Positions 7,781 to 17,940 are shown, numbered from the stretch's first letter. The stretch is DNA of 20,996 nucleotides from an uncultured bacterium (GCA_963801165.1 CAWDDT010000008.1:1-20996); one strand, 5' to 3'. Program-made: numbers and translations. Notes: a model not told the origin generated them from the letters alone.

Positions 7781-9193
7781 CTAGGCCGGTGTTGCGGACT
7801 GCGACTGGGACAGGTCCGGTGAGGGCAGCGTCACGGTGATCAGAGTCCCTCCCAGTTGGCCGTCGTCGCCGATCGTGATCGTTCCGTGGTGGGCGTCGAT
7901 GATGCTGCGTACGACTGCCAGCCCGAGTCCGGTTCCGCCGGACCGGCGGGATCGGTCCTCGTCGAGCCTGACGAATCTGTCGAAGATCCGTTCCCGGTCG
8001 GCTGGTGGTATGCCGGGTCCGTCGTCGGCGATGCGAATAGTGGCGTCGCCAACAGCGCTCGTTTCGACGCGAATCGTTGTGGCGGCGTGGTGGGTGGCAT
8101 TGTCGAGGAGGTTTCTGACCACCTGGGCGATGCGTCTCCGGTCCCCGTACCCGCGCACGGGTTCGACATGATCGGTGTCGACGTTGATGCCGGTGGCGGC
8201 TTTGACGGCAAGCTCGCCGGTGACGACGTCGACGATGTTGAACCACTCCTGATGAAGGCGTAGCCCGTGCTCGTCGCTTTGGGCGAGGGTGAGCAGGTCG
8301 TCGACGAGGGCGGTCAGGCGCCGGGCTTGGCCGGCAACATCGGCGGCCAGCTCCTCCACAGCGAATCCCTGGGGGTTGGCTTCTGCCACTTCGGCCATGG
8401 TGAGCAGGGTGGCGACGGGGCTCTTCAGCTCGTGGCTGGCGTCGGCGGTGAATTGACGCTGCCGGACGGCGGATGTGTCCAGCCGGTTGAGCATCCGGTT
8501 GAGTACGACGGCGAGGCGACGGATCTCATCGTCGGGCTTCGGTTCGGGGACTCTGCGGTGGAGGTCGCTGTAGGAGATGGTGTCGGCTTGCCGGGCCATG
8601 TCGTCGACTGGGCGGAAGGCACGGCGGGTGAGACGTGACACGATCAGGGCGACGAGCAGCGTGATTGCCGGGATTCCGAGGGCGAGGAGCGGGATGAGGG
8701 TACGGGTGGCGTTGTCAACGGCGGCAAGCGATGCGGCGGCGAGTACAAGCGACGGCTGGCCATCGATGAGGACGCCGGTGGCTGCGACGAGGAACGGACC
8801 TTCGTCACCATCCTCGCCGGTCTCTCCCTGGTTGTCGGCGGCGTCCAGGGCCGGGATCCGGATGGTCTTCGTGGTTCCGCTATCGAGGGTGACATCGACA
8901 AAGGGCCGCTGCCCTTCAATGTCGGAGGTTGACGACACCACCGTTCCGGCGGTAATGATCTGGACCGAGATCGCTCCGACCAGAGGCACCTGGGTGAAAG
9001 CTGTGCCCGTTTCGAGCTGGCTGGCAACGTCTGCGGCTCGGGCGGTGGCGGTCGTCTCGACCGACTGATAGAGGGCCGATCGGGTGGCGACGATGAGCAG
9101 CGCTCCTGCAAGGGCGAGGACGGACCCGACGACGGCGGTTGCGATGACGGTGGTCCTGCCCCTCACTCCGAGCCGGCGGGGGTGGGCGGTCAC
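7781..9193 (-). CDS. Sensor histidine kinase (2 TM, HAMP, HisKA, HATPase)
   Basis: DASHELKSP, NLLDNA, DDGPGIP, IFDRFVR, GGTGLGL; GTG start overlaps regulator stop (GTGA). Confidence 0.92.
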   Translation of the reverse strand: MTAHPRRLGVRGRTTVIATAVVGSVLALAGALLIVATRSALYQSVETTATARAADVASQLETGTAFTQVPLVGAISVQIITAGTVVSSTSDIEGQRPFVDVTLDSGTTKTIRIPALDAADNQGETGEDGDEGPFLVAATGVLIDGQPSLVLAAASLAAVDNATRTLIPLLALGIPAITLLVALIVSRLTRRAFRPVDDMARQADTISYSDLHRRVPEPKPDDEIRRLAVVLNRMLNRLDTSAVRQRQFTADASHELKSPVATLLTMAEVAEANPQGFAVEELAADVAGQARRLTALVDDLLTLAQSDEHGLRLHQEWFNIVDVVTGELAVKAATGINVDTDHVEPVRGYGDRRRIAQVVRNLLDNATHHAATTIRVETSAVGDATIRIADDGPGIPPADRERIFDRFVRLDEDRSRRSGGTGLGLAVVRSIIDAHHGTITIGDDGQLGGTLITVTLPSPDLSQSQSATPA

Positions 9194-9864
9194 CGGTTGA
9201 CTCGCAGACGGTATCCGATCCCGCGGATCGTCTCGATCGAAGTGCGGTCGAAGGGCTCGTCGACTTTGCGTCTTATATATCCGATGTATACCTCGACCAC
9301 ATTGGGGTCGCCTTCGAAATCCCAGTCCCATACTGCGTTGAGGATGTCGGTCTTGGAGACCGCTTCGCCCCGGTGGCGCATGAGGTATTCGAGGAGCGCG
9401 AATTCCTTGGCGGTGAGCGTGATCTCAGTTTCGGCTCGGGCCACGGTGTGCGCAGCCGGGTCGAGACGCAGGTCACCGACCTCGAGGATGGTGGGTCGGG
9501 CCGGTGCTCCCCGCCGGGCCAGGGCCCGGATCCGTGCCGAGAGAACAACGAACGAAAAGGGCTTGGTGAGGTAGTCGTCGGCACCGGAGTCGAGCGCCTC
9601 TGCAATGTCGAACTCTCCGTCCTTGGCGGTGAGCATCAAGATCGGTGTCCAATCCGATTCGGCGCGCAGCGTTGCACACACCCGGTACCCGTTGCATTTG
9701 GGGAGCAGGATATCCAAGACGATGACGTCGTAGGGCTGGTTGCGGGCAAACCACAGTCCTTCTTCCCCGTCGGAGGCGACATCGACGGCGTGGCCGTCCG
9801 CCTCGAGACCGCGTTTCAGGTAGGCGGCGAGTTTGGTCTCGTCTTCGACAACCAGTAGCCGCAT
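9190..9864 (-). CDS. OmpR/PhoB-family response regulator
   Basis: LLVVEDE, VLDILLP, MLTAKD, GADDYLTKPF, NVVEVYIGYIRRK, TIRGIGY. Confidence 0.95.
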   Translation of the reverse strand: MRLLVVEDETKLAAYLKRGLEADGHAVDVASDGEEGLWFARNQPYDVIVLDILLPKCNGYRVCATLRAESDWTPILMLTAKDGEFDIAEALDSGADDYLTKPFSFVVLSARIRALARRGAPARPTILEVGDLRLDPAAHTVARAETEITLTAKEFALLEYLMRHRGEAVSKTDILNAVWDWDFEGDPNVVEVYIGYIRRKVDEPFDRTSIETIRGIGYRLRVNR

Positions 9865-9922
9865 GGTCTACCCGTTTCCTTGTTCGTATCGGGGCCGCCC
9901 TGCCGGAACATACGTGCTGATT

Positions 9923-9940
9923 GCTGAGAACCAGCTGAGA
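9923..9940 (-). promoter_or_regulatory. Putative autoregulatory direct repeat
   Basis: TCTCAGC-N4-TCTCAGC (11-bp period) about 60 bp upstream of the regulator start. Confidence 0.55.
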
Positions 9941-9989
9941 GGCGGGACGTCGTGCCGCCCCGCTCTCGCAGTCGACCACGGCGATTGAC

Positions 9990-10677
9990 TCAGTCGGCCG
10001 ACTCTTGACCCCCGGCGTCTTTCTGTACGGTCGCCGTCTGCGGCGCCGCCCCCTGGGCGCTCACCTCGACGGTCACGTCGAGTGCGTTGAGGGAGGTGGC
10101 GTAGACGCTGAACTCGTTGACCGCGAAGTGGTCGGGGGCTCCGCTGTTGTCGAAATGGATGGTTCGGCTGCCACCGGCCGGGATGGTGAACGAGCCGGGC
10201 AGCTTGGTGTAGTAATTCTCGCTGATTCCGGCGGTCGGGTCGGTGAACGTGTAGTACACCTCAAAGCCGCCGCAGTTCGGTCGACCCGGTGTTGGCCAGG
10301 GCGATCTCCAAGTGGTCGTCCACCGCGTTACCGGAGGCGTCGACATTGTTTTCCACGAGCACCGAATCGATCTTCAGGCCCTGTGCAGTGGCAGGGTTGT
10401 TGATCGGGTTGGAGGTGACCGGGAGCACCGGCCCCGAGGCATCCGTCGTAGCTGGCGCGCCCGCTGCCGTCGTCGTCGAGGTTGTGGGAACAGCGGTGCC
10501 CGCCGCCGTCGTGGTAGTAGAAGCGGCGGTGCCGGCTGCCGTGGTTGCGGTGGTCGACCCGGTGCCGGCTGCCGTGGTTGCGGTGGTCGACCCGGAGCCG
10601 CCGCACGCGGACAGCGCCATGCCGGCGGCGAGCGCTGCGGCGACGAGTCGAGGAGCGCGGTGGTTCTTCGTCTTCAT
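9990..10677 (-). pseudogene. Lipoprotein with Thr/Ala linker, single frameshift near 10273
   Basis: Lipobox LSAC; ATG overlaps permease stop; GAA CTG C GGC GGC TTT shifts NTGSTEL into GGFEVYYTF. Confidence 0.8.
10527..10595. repeat. Perfect 33-bp coding tandem duplication
   Basis: CGGTGCCGGCTGCCGTGGTTGCGGTGGTCGACC x2, encoding GSTTATTAAGT. Confidence 0.9.
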
Positions 10678-11663
10678 TGGGTTTCTCCTTGGGGGATCGA
10701 TGGTTGTTTGCGGAAACTTCTCTTCATGGCAAGCGGTAGCGCTGCGGTGTAGATCAGGAGCCACGCGATGGAGAAGCGAACCTGGAAGAGCAGGTCTGGC
10801 AGGCTCAGGCTCCGGAATCGCTCTTTGACGTCGGTCATGGCAAAGGCGAAGCGTTCGAAATGCTTCTCGAACGAGGCGGCTTCGATGCTCGTTCGGATGG
10901 TCTCGTAGGTGGCGAAGTGGGTGAGGATCTGGACCTCGCCGTTGTGGCCGAGACCGAGGGCAGCGAACAGACCACCGGGGAGTTGGTTGTCGGCGTCGAG
11001 CGTGTCGCCGATCTGGGGGAGGATAAGGACGACGACCAGCCAAATACCGAGGGCGATCATCAGCCCATTGATCGCAATCTTCGACGACGCGGTGGTCAGC
11101 GCACCGAGCGAGTAGAAGGTGACCATGTACATGATGGCGGCTAGGAAGGCGAGCAGCAGCTGCCCCGTATCGCGTAGTCCGATCCAATCGTGGCCGACCA
11201 CACCGACTGAGAGCACCGCAACGGCGGTAGTGGCGGCAATCAGAGTGGTGATCACTGCCACCGCCCCTAGCAGGCTGCCCGCGGTCAGTTCTCCGGAGGT
11301 CACCGGGCGAGACATGAGCAGCGGCAGAGTGCGGTTGACCCGTTCCCTGGATACGGTCAGATACCCGAGAGTGACGGCGATTACCGCCCCGATGATCTCG
11401 ATGTACTCGAATGCGCCCCGCAACAGCGACAGCGGCGCCAGGGGCGAGGGTGCGATCTGGGTGACGCCTCCTGCGATTGCCGCAGCCCGATAGGCCTGAT
11501 AGTCGGCGAGTTTGCTGGCGTAGCCGGCGGAGGCGATGATCACCGATCCGGCAGTGGCCACGATGAGGATCGCCAGCAGCACGATGAGGATCCGGCTGCG
11601 TACCGCCGCCCGGTACTCGTGGCGGGCGATGGCCAGGATGCGTTGTCGTTTCCTATTCGCCAT
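10674..11663 (-). CDS. ABC-2 type transporter permease
   Basis: ILAIARHEYR start motif, LGY..VSRER..RTL.LLMSRPVT, multiple TM helices; start ATG 11663. Confidence 0.88.
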   Translation of the reverse strand: MANRKRQRILAIARHEYRAAVRSRILIVLLAILIVATAGSVIIASAGYASKLADYQAYRAAAIAGGVTQIAPSPLAPLSLLRGAFEYIEIIGAVIAVTLGYLTVSRERVNRTLPLLMSRPVTSGELTAGSLLGAVAVITTLIAATTAVAVLSVGVVGHDWIGLRDTGQLLLAFLAAIMYMVTFYSLGALTTASSKIAINGLMIALGIWLVVVLILPQIGDTLDADNQLPGGLFAALGLGHNGEVQILTHFATYETIRTSIEAASFEKHFERFAFAMTDVKERFRSLSLPDLLFQVRFSIAWLLIYTAALPLAMKRSFRKQPSIPQGETQ

Positions 11664-12570
11664 TGCTACTCCTCGAGAAGTCGTGCCGGCGTACCAGCGC
11701 CACGACGGCGAGGGCGAGTAGCGCGGCCGCAAACAGGATCGGGACAGCTCGCAGCACCGTCTGCCAGGCAGGCTCGGCCGGTGCGGTGACCAGGATGTGA
11801 CCGCTGGCCCACTTGTATTGCTCGGCGATCGAGATCGGCCTGGCTCGAGCGGTGATCTGGAAGAAGCGTTGGGAGGTGCCCGCCGGGTCGACTATCGGGT
11901 TGAGCGATGCGGTGGGTCGCACCCCGGAGGTGAACTGCGGAATGGCAAAGGTGATGACGAGCCAGGCGCCCATCGCCGACAAGAGACCCAGCGAACGGCG
12001 GCGACTCAGCAGCGCGGCCGTCATGCCGATCAGCGCGAACACCATGAGATACAGCCACGACAGTGCGTAAAAGAGCCCGAGCCGACCCAATGCCGCAAGG
12101 CCGGGGAGGGCCCCATTAGCCACCAGGAGCGAGACGATGCTGAGGCCCATCGCTACCAGCACGATCACGCCCAGAGCGACAGCCGCGGCCACGATTTTGC
12201 CGGTGGCATAACCGGCTCGCGACATGCGTCGGGAGAAGATGAGACGGCCCAGCCCGGTGATCTCGTCATCGGCGAGACTGAGGTGTCCAACCAGCAGGGC
12301 CAGCAATGCGCCGAGCATGGGCACGTAGATCACCATGTTGGAAAGCAGCGACAGCTCCGGTTTGAGCAGGAACGGGTTTGGTGGTGCCGGCTGTCCCTTG
12401 GCGGCCAGCAGCCTCACCGCCTGGTCGTAGACCCGCACAATCGTGTTGTGGCTCGACCATCCGAGGATCCCGGCGGCAGCGGTCATTGCCACAAACATGC
12501 CCAGCGTCGCCAGGAAGACTCGTTGCCGGCGCAGCGAGAGCAGCTGCTGGCGGGCGACGGTTGCGATCAC
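11653..12570 (-). CDS. ABC-2 type transporter permease
   Basis: Paralogous topology; RLIFSRRMSR...GKI; coupled to the ATPase stop. Confidence 0.88.
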   Translation of the reverse strand: MIATVARQQLLSLRRQRVFLATLGMFVAMTAAAGILGWSSHNTIVRVYDQAVRLLAAKGQPAPPNPFLLKPELSLLSNMVIYVPMLGALLALLVGHLSLADDEITGLGRLIFSRRMSRAGYATGKIVAAAVALGVIVLVAMGLSIVSLLVANGALPGLAALGRLGLFYALSWLYLMVFALIGMTAALLSRRRSLGLLSAMGAWLVITFAIPQFTSGVRPTASLNPIVDPAGTSQRFFQITARARPISIAEQYKWASGHILVTAPAEPAWQTVLRAVPILFAAALLALAVVALVRRHDFSRSSNGE

Positions 12571-13301
12571 GGCAACGTGCCTTCCATCCGTACGTAGATG
12601 TCCTCGAGCGATTTCTCGTCGGGGAACCGGCGGATCGTCTCCTCCATCGAGGCGTTGTAGATGAGCTCGCCACTATTGAGTACCCCGATGGTGGTGCAGA
12701 CCCTGGAGACCTCGCTCAACTGGTGGGTGTTCATGAACACGGTCATACCCAGGTCACGGTTGAGGTCAAGGATCGTCTGCCGCAGCTGACGGATGCCGGC
12801 GGGGTCGAGCCCGGCGGTGGGCTCGTCGAGGAAGAGAACGGACGGGCGGTGCACGATCGCCTGGGCGATGCCGATCCGCTGCCGCATACCCGTGGAGAAC
12901 GACCCGACCCGGTGATCGGCGAGCTCGGAACAGTTGAGGTAGTCGAGTGTCTCGGCGACGGCACGTTTCACATCGGTCAGTCCGGACAGCTCGGCAAAGA
13001 AGGTCAGGTTCTCGGCGGCGGTCATGTGCGGATACATCCGCACCTCCGACGGCAGGTAGCCGATGTCGGCGGTCACCAGATAGCGTTCGGCGACCACGTC
13101 ATGGCCGTTGACCAGCGCCGTCCCGAACGTTGGCTGAAGCAATGTGGTCAGGATGTTGACCGTGGTGGTTTTCCCGGCCCCGTTATGACCGAGGAATCCG
13201 AAGATCTCACCACGATCGATGCTCAGGTTGACGTCATGCAACACCAAATCACCGTTGTAGCGGTGACCCAGGCCCTGGATTTCGATGGCGGGACCGTTCA
13301 T
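12567..13301 (-). CDS. ABC transporter ATP-binding protein
   Basis: GHNGAGKTT, FSTGMRQR, LFLDEPTAGLDP, NTH; GGAGG RBS before ATG 13301. Confidence 0.95.
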   Translation of the reverse strand: MNGPAIEIQGLGHRYNGDLVLHDVNLSIDRGEIFGFLGHNGAGKTTTVNILTTLLQPTFGTALVNGHDVVAERYLVTADIGYLPSEVRMYPHMTAAENLTFFAELSGLTDVKRAVAETLDYLNCSELADHRVGSFSTGMRQRIGIAQAIVHRPSVLFLDEPTAGLDPAGIRQLRQTILDLNRDLGMTVFMNTHQLSEVSRVCTTIGVLNSGELIYNASMEETIRRFPDEKSLEDIYVRMEGTLP

Positions 13302-13450
13302 CGGCCCTCCTTGTGTCTCAGCACCGGCACTGCCGGTGGTCACGGCCCTGATTGACCGGCCCGCGACAAGCTACAAAACCGCCGTCAAGACATCGGACAG
13401 CGCAAGGTAAGAGGTTTGCCAGAAATGAGACCCGTTGAAACGACCGTCGA

Positions 13451-14761
13451 TCAGCGGGGTGGGTCGCCGCCCACATCGGCCCGTTGCAGGACCACATCGA
13501 TCTGGGGATGGGGACCGAGCCGGGTTACCGTGATGCGGCCCGGCATCGACTCGACTAGCCGCCTTGCCAGCTGGAGACCGAGACGTCTCGACCCACGACC
13601 ATCGACTGTTTCGCTTCCGTCCGAACCGAATGGCGCCACCGCGAACCCGGGACCCTCGTCACCAACCTGCAACGTCACCGACTCGTCATCGACCCGGACA
13701 TCGACCATCACCGCACCGGCACCATGCTCGAGGGCATTGGCAACCAACACATCGAGCACGTGCCGCAGCACCGCCGCGCTTCCCCGCACCGGCGGGACGA
13801 ACCGGGTCGATGTGACGCGCAGCGTTCGTCTTGCCCGATCGAACAACCGTCTCCAGCCCTCCTCCACCTCCCCCACCACATCTGACACATGGATCTCCGA
13901 GCGTGCAACCTGTGCCGTCCGAGCGAAGCCAAGCAGATCGGTGACGGTCTGCTCCAACCGATCGATGTCCCCGAGCGTATCCTCGAGTACCTGCGACCGG
14001 TCGGGCCGAGGAAAGGCCAACTCGGTCTCGATCGCCGCACGCATCCCCGCAAGCGGTGTGCGCAACTGATGTGACACATCAGCGGTGAACATCCGCTCCC
14101 GTGCGATCAGATCGTCCAACCGGTCGGCAGTCACCGTCATAGCCTGGCCGGCCTCATCCAGCTCGGCCACACCGCTTGCCGGCACGTCGATGGCGAAGTC
14201 GCCGTCGCCCAGCCGAACCGCGGCGTCTCGGAGACGCACCACCGGCCGAACCAGCCGACTGGCCACAAACCAGCCAACCCCTACAGCGATAGCGAGGACG
14301 CCGACAGCCAAACCGAGCAACCCCCAAAGGGCGCGGCTGGCGCGGGCGTCCCCGGCCGCGGTGGACTGCTCGGCCCGAACCGCGCCTACCACCTGCTCGT
14401 CGGCCGCCACCGGCACCGCCACCACCCTGGTTTCTCCCTCTTCGGTGTCCGCCACTTCGCTGTGTAGTGCCTTCGCGGTGACGGCATCCGCCCGCGACGG
14501 GCCCTCTCCTGCCCTCAGGACGCCCTTCGGGTCGTACAGGCCAAAAACCACACCCTCCGAAGACGCAGGCAGCTCGACAGGGTCGCCACTCGACGCAAAA
14601 TCGGCCGGTACCGCCCGGGACGCCAGCACCGCCTCCCGCTCAACCCGCAGCGTGGCGGACTCGTCCAACAATCGACCGATTACGACGGCAAGTGGTATGC
14701 CAAACAACACAACAGCCAGCACCGTCACCGCCAGAATCGCCACCAACACACGGCGTCTCAT
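13451..14761 (-). CDS. Sensor histidine kinase
   Basis: 2 TM, HAMP, DVSHQLRTPL, LVANALEHG, DEGPG; G2 box degenerate (RRLGL). Confidence 0.9.
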   Translation of the reverse strand: MRRRVLVAILAVTVLAVVLFGIPLAVVIGRLLDESATLRVEREAVLASRAVPADFASSGDPVELPASSEGVVFGLYDPKGVLRAGEGPSRADAVTAKALHSEVADTEEGETRVVAVPVAADEQVVGAVRAEQSTAAGDARASRALWGLLGLAVGVLAIAVGVGWFVASRLVRPVVRLRDAAVRLGDGDFAIDVPASGVAELDEAGQAMTVTADRLDDLIARERMFTADVSHQLRTPLAGMRAAIETELAFPRPDRSQVLEDTLGDIDRLEQTVTDLLGFARTAQVARSEIHVSDVVGEVEEGWRRLFDRARRTLRVTSTRFVPPVRGSAAVLRHVLDVLVANALEHGAGAVMVDVRVDDESVTLQVGDEGPGFAVAPFGSDGSETVDGRGSRRLGLQLARRLVESMPGRITVTRLGPHPQIDVVLQRADVGGDPPR

Positions 14762-15438
14762 GGCAGCTCGAGGCGGTACCCGACACCCCGCAGCGTCGAA
14801 ATACGGCTCGGCTCACCCAGAGCATCCAGCTTTCGCCGTAACGCCGCAATATGGAAATCGAGCGTCTTAGTCGACCCAAACCAATGCTCGTCCCAGACAT
14901 CGCTCATCAACGTCTCCCGCGTCACCACAACCCCAGCGTCCTCAGCTAAACGGACCAGCAGATCGAACTCCTTGGCTCGAAGCTCCACCTCCTCCCCCGC
15001 CAACCAGACCCGCCGCGCGGCAACGTCTATCACCAAACCACCCACCGACAGCCGCTCATGGTGTGTCGGCTCTCGCCGTCGCAGCTGGGCACGAACCCGA
15101 GCGAGCAACTCGGCAAGCTTGAACGGCTTCGCCACATAATCGACAGCACCCGCATCCAAACCCACCACCACATCCAACTCTTCATCACGAGCCGTCAACA
15201 TCACCACATCGATAGACGGATCCGCCTCATGAATACGACCACACACCTCGATCCCGTCAACATCCGGAAGCCCCAGATCCAGCAACACGAGATCCGGACG
15301 GCGAGCAGCCACAGCATCGAGCCCACCTCGACCGGTCTGCTCCCACACCGCGTCGAAACCACTCCCAACCAGGGCGCGCAACAACGACGAGCCGATCCGC
15401 TCGTCATCCTCCACAATCAGAATCCGGTTCCGGTCCAC
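14758..15438 (-). CDS. OmpR/PhoB-family response regulator
   Basis: ILIVEDD, LLDLGLPDVDG, GAVDYVAKPF, KTLDFHIAALRRK, TLRGVGY. Confidence 0.95.
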   Translation of the reverse strand: MDRNRILIVEDDERIGSSLLRALVGSGFDAVWEQTGRGGLDAVAARRPDLVLLDLGLPDVDGIEVCGRIHEADPSIDVVMLTARDEELDVVVGLDAGAVDYVAKPFKLAELLARVRAQLRRREPTHHERLSVGGLVIDVAARRVWLAGEEVELRAKEFDLLVRLAEDAGVVVTRETLMSDVWDEHWFGSTKTLDFHIAALRRKLDALGEPSRISTLRGVGYRLELP

Positions 15439-15762
15439 ACAACCAGGCTAGAGCCTCCCCTATCGGCAGCCGGCCACGACGGCGCTGGGACGCTGCTGCC
15501 CCGCTCCCCGGCGGGGATCTCAACGTGATAGCTCGAGCATTGAGCTACTCGCCACGCGTCTTTCAGTAGGGGTAGCAGCTGCAGGGAGATTCCGGCGAAG
15601 CCCAACACCGCCGAGCCCCCGAGATCGGTAATCACCGCACGCCCGGGTGATCGCTGCCTTCGGTGCGGGCGCACGCGTCATGCTCGAAGGCGTACAAGCA
15701 ACGCCTCGCATCGTTTCGCCCACCCCGCCACCCAACGTTGGACACATTGAGTGTCCCAGCGG

Positions 15763-15783
15763 CTTCTACCGATCCTTCTACCG
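15763..15783. repeat. Arm-type-like doublet upstream of integrase
   Basis: CTTCTACCG x2 (12-bp period); inverted relative to CGGTAGAA repeats at 17941-17982. Confidence 0.65.
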
Positions 15784-15818
15784 GGTTCCGAACGTCGGTA
15801 CCCGGGAAGGACAGGATC

Positions 15819-16238
15819 ATGAACGGCTATGTGGCAAGCGTGGGTGACCGTTGGTATGCGGTCATCTACGAGGGACTCGATCCGGTCACCGGAAAGGAGC
15901 GACGGCGCTGGCATCCCGCCGGCGAGAGCCGGGCCGACGCCGAACGGCTCGCCTCTGCCCTTGCTGAGAAGGTGAATGGCCGCAACAACCAGGTCCGGTC
16001 ACTCACCTTCGGGGCATGCCTGGCGACCCGGTGGTTGCCGGGCAAGAAACTGGAGGTGGCGCACAGCACCTGGGACGGGTCCGCCGCAAGTTCAATCTCC
16101 ACATTCTCCCGACACTGCGGAAGGTCCCGATCCGTCGCCTCTGACCCGACCACCTGGAACGACTCTACGACGACAAGCTCCACCGAAAGAACAGCAAGCG
16201 GCCGCTGGCACCCAAGACCGTCCTGGAGATATACCTCT
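15819..16238 (+). pseudogene. Tyrosine integrase N-terminus (arm-binding plus SAM-like), frameshifted and truncated
   Basis: RWYAVIYEGLDPVTGKERRRW...LTFG...WLP...STWDG; frameshift near 16080 to RRKFNLHILPTL..VPIRRL*PDHLERLY...LAPKTVLEI; TGA at 16142-16144; no catalytic domain. Confidence 0.88.
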
Positions 16239-16320
16239 TGCTCCCCCGCTGCCGCCGACAGCCGAAAGGCGACGTTGACGGCCAGGCCAGAGATGTCGCC
16301 ATTCTGGAACACCATCGGTG
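16230..16320 (-). pseudogene. Class III adenylate/guanylate cyclase fragment
   Basis: NGDISGLAVNVAFRLSAAAGEQEV has the G..VN.A.RL cyclase motif; about 30 codons only. Confidence 0.55.
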
Positions 16321-16362
16321 GAACCCACCGACTTTCCCCCAGCAAGCAGAGGGACGAAGGGG

Positions 16363-17028
16363 CTACATCGCCTCTTTGATACCTTGGCGGATCAGCCAGG
16401 CGTTGACCGGGTAGGCGGTGAGGAAGCCGGCGAGCATGGCGATCTGCATCATGAACCAGAAGGTGGGGGAGGTCTTGGAGAGCTCCTGGCCGAAGATGGC
16501 GAAGGTGGCGATGGCCATCCACCCGTACATGCCCACCTGCCAGGCGGTGAGGGAGGCGGTGTCTGCCTTGAACGCCGCTCCCAGGGCCTCCCGACGGGTT
16601 GCGTCTTTCCGCATGGGACGGATGGTGAAGTACTGGAAGGCGATCCCGAAGCCGAAGGCGGCGATGTAGTCGATCACCCACGATCCGAAGATGTGATGCC
16701 CGAACAGGGTGATCGGCACGAAGAACACGAACCACTCCGCCACCAGGTCGCCCAATGCACAGCCGCTCCCGCAGTGGGTGGCACCCAGGGCGGCGCTGCG
16801 CCACAGGGGCCGGTTGCCGACGGAGGAGCGTCTTCCGACATAGGCGGCCACGGCGAGCGGGCCGGCGTAGAGGGCGGTGAGTGGCCACACCAGTCCCATG
16901 ATCCAGGGCTGGAGTCCGCCCCGGCGTACAACGGCGATGGCCAGCCCAAGGGCGCACAGCCCGCACAGGACGAGCCAAAAAACGGCCAGGCTCGAAAGCC
17001 AGCCCGGAATCACTACGAGAAAGGTCAA
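16363..17028 (-). CDS. DUF4396 family membrane protein
   Basis: IMGLVWPLTALY, HCGSGCALGD, FGIAFQYFTI, KADTASL..WQVGMYGWM, FWFMMQIAM..GF.TAYPVN.WL...GIKEAM. Confidence 0.88.
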   Translation of the reverse strand: MTFLVVIPGWLSSLAVFWLVLCGLCALGLAIAVVRRGGLQPWIMGLVWPLTALYAGPLAVAAYVGRRSSVGNRPLWRSAALGATHCGSGCALGDLVAEWFVFFVPITLFGHHIFGSWVIDYIAAFGFGIAFQYFTIRPMRKDATRREALGAAFKADTASLTAWQVGMYGWMAIATFAIFGQELSKTSPTFWFMMQIAMLAGFLTAYPVNAWLIRQGIKEAM

Positions 17029-17471
17029 CTGGTCAGCTCGGGATCAATCAGGGTGAGGCCCGTCTCGCGGTCGTAACGCTTGCGGAGGTGGGCGGGAGTC
17101 TCGGTAACCATGACCTCAAGGGTCGGCCACACCTGGGCCGAGCAGAAGTGGCCGCCCATGGTGGATCCGTCCTTCTTGCCTACCACCAGGTGGGCGTGAA
17201 TCTCGGGCTGCGCGTCGGAGAGGGCGATGTCGCCCACCATCGACAGCACCTCGACCTGCTCGTCGACGAGGATCTCGTCGTAGTCCATGCGGTCGCGGTT
17301 GAGGTAGCCGAGGGTGGCCGAGGAAAAGGCGCCCACCGCGGTGAGCGAGGCGCCGCTGATCTGTTCCTCCCCGGCAAACCTCTGGAGTCCACTGTGGGGC
17401 TCGTCGCCCTTGTCGAAGATCACGGCGTAGGTGCGTAGGCCGGCTTCGGTGTTGAGCAGCGCAGTTTGCAT
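17025..17471 (-). CDS. PPC domain (DUF296) protein
   Basis: AVGAFSSATLGY, EVLSMVGDI, HAHLVVG..DG.TMGGH, VWPTLEV, D.ETGL.LI. Confidence 0.9.
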   Translation of the reverse strand: MQTALLNTEAGLRTYAVIFDKGDEPHSGLQRFAGEEQISGASLTAVGAFSSATLGYLNRDRMDYDEILVDEQVEVLSMVGDIALSDAQPEIHAHLVVGKKDGSTMGGHFCSAQVWPTLEVMVTETPAHLRKRYDRETGLTLIDPELTS

Positions 17472-17534
17472 GTCTGTCCTTCATGGCTCGGGATCAACAC
17501 CTACCCAAGTGCTGTGAGGGCGAAACGCCGCCGC

Positions 17535-17845
17535 TAAGCCGATACGCTTCTGGTGATGGGGACACAGATAGGTGGAGCGCCCCGGCACTTCGATCCTCTT
17601 CAGCCGGTGCCCGACCCGGGCACACTCGTGTTCCGGGACGCGGTGGAACCTAGCCAGTCGTCGGAGAAGCTGAACGGGTCGGCTCGGTCCCCCGCCTCGT
17701 CCACCACGTCATGCAGGTCTCGAACAGCTGCTGGGACAGGTCATCGTCCAGGGTGGTCGTGTCGGACCGGGGGTGGATCCCGGCCTGGAAGAGGATCTCG
17801 TCGACGCAGACGTTGCCCAGCCCGGCCAGCGCCTCCTGGTTGCCG
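17535..17845 (-). pseudogene. Fpg/Nei DNA glycosylase C-terminal fragment
   Basis: H2TH motif NQEALAGLGNVCVDEILFQAGIHP; in another frame zinc-finger remnant EC...GRSTYLCPHHQ. Confidence 0.8.
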
Positions 17846-17940
17846 CCACCCACATTGTTCATCTCTGCGTATCGTGCTGCCAGTTTCAGTATCACTTTCT
17901 CTCCCCCGCGCCCGCTTTTTCGAACAGCTGATCACCGGCG

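Noticed and set aside
7781-9331. Longer kinase start, and similar upstream extensions at 171, 2196, 6850, 11732, 13343, 15663 and 18026
   Set aside because: Extensions overlap other genes or att/IR DNA; downstream starts fit RBS, coupling or family N-termini better
13386-13424. Operator repeats upstream of ABC operon (CAAGA/TAAGA/CCAGA)
   Set aside because: Too degenerate to distinguish from chance
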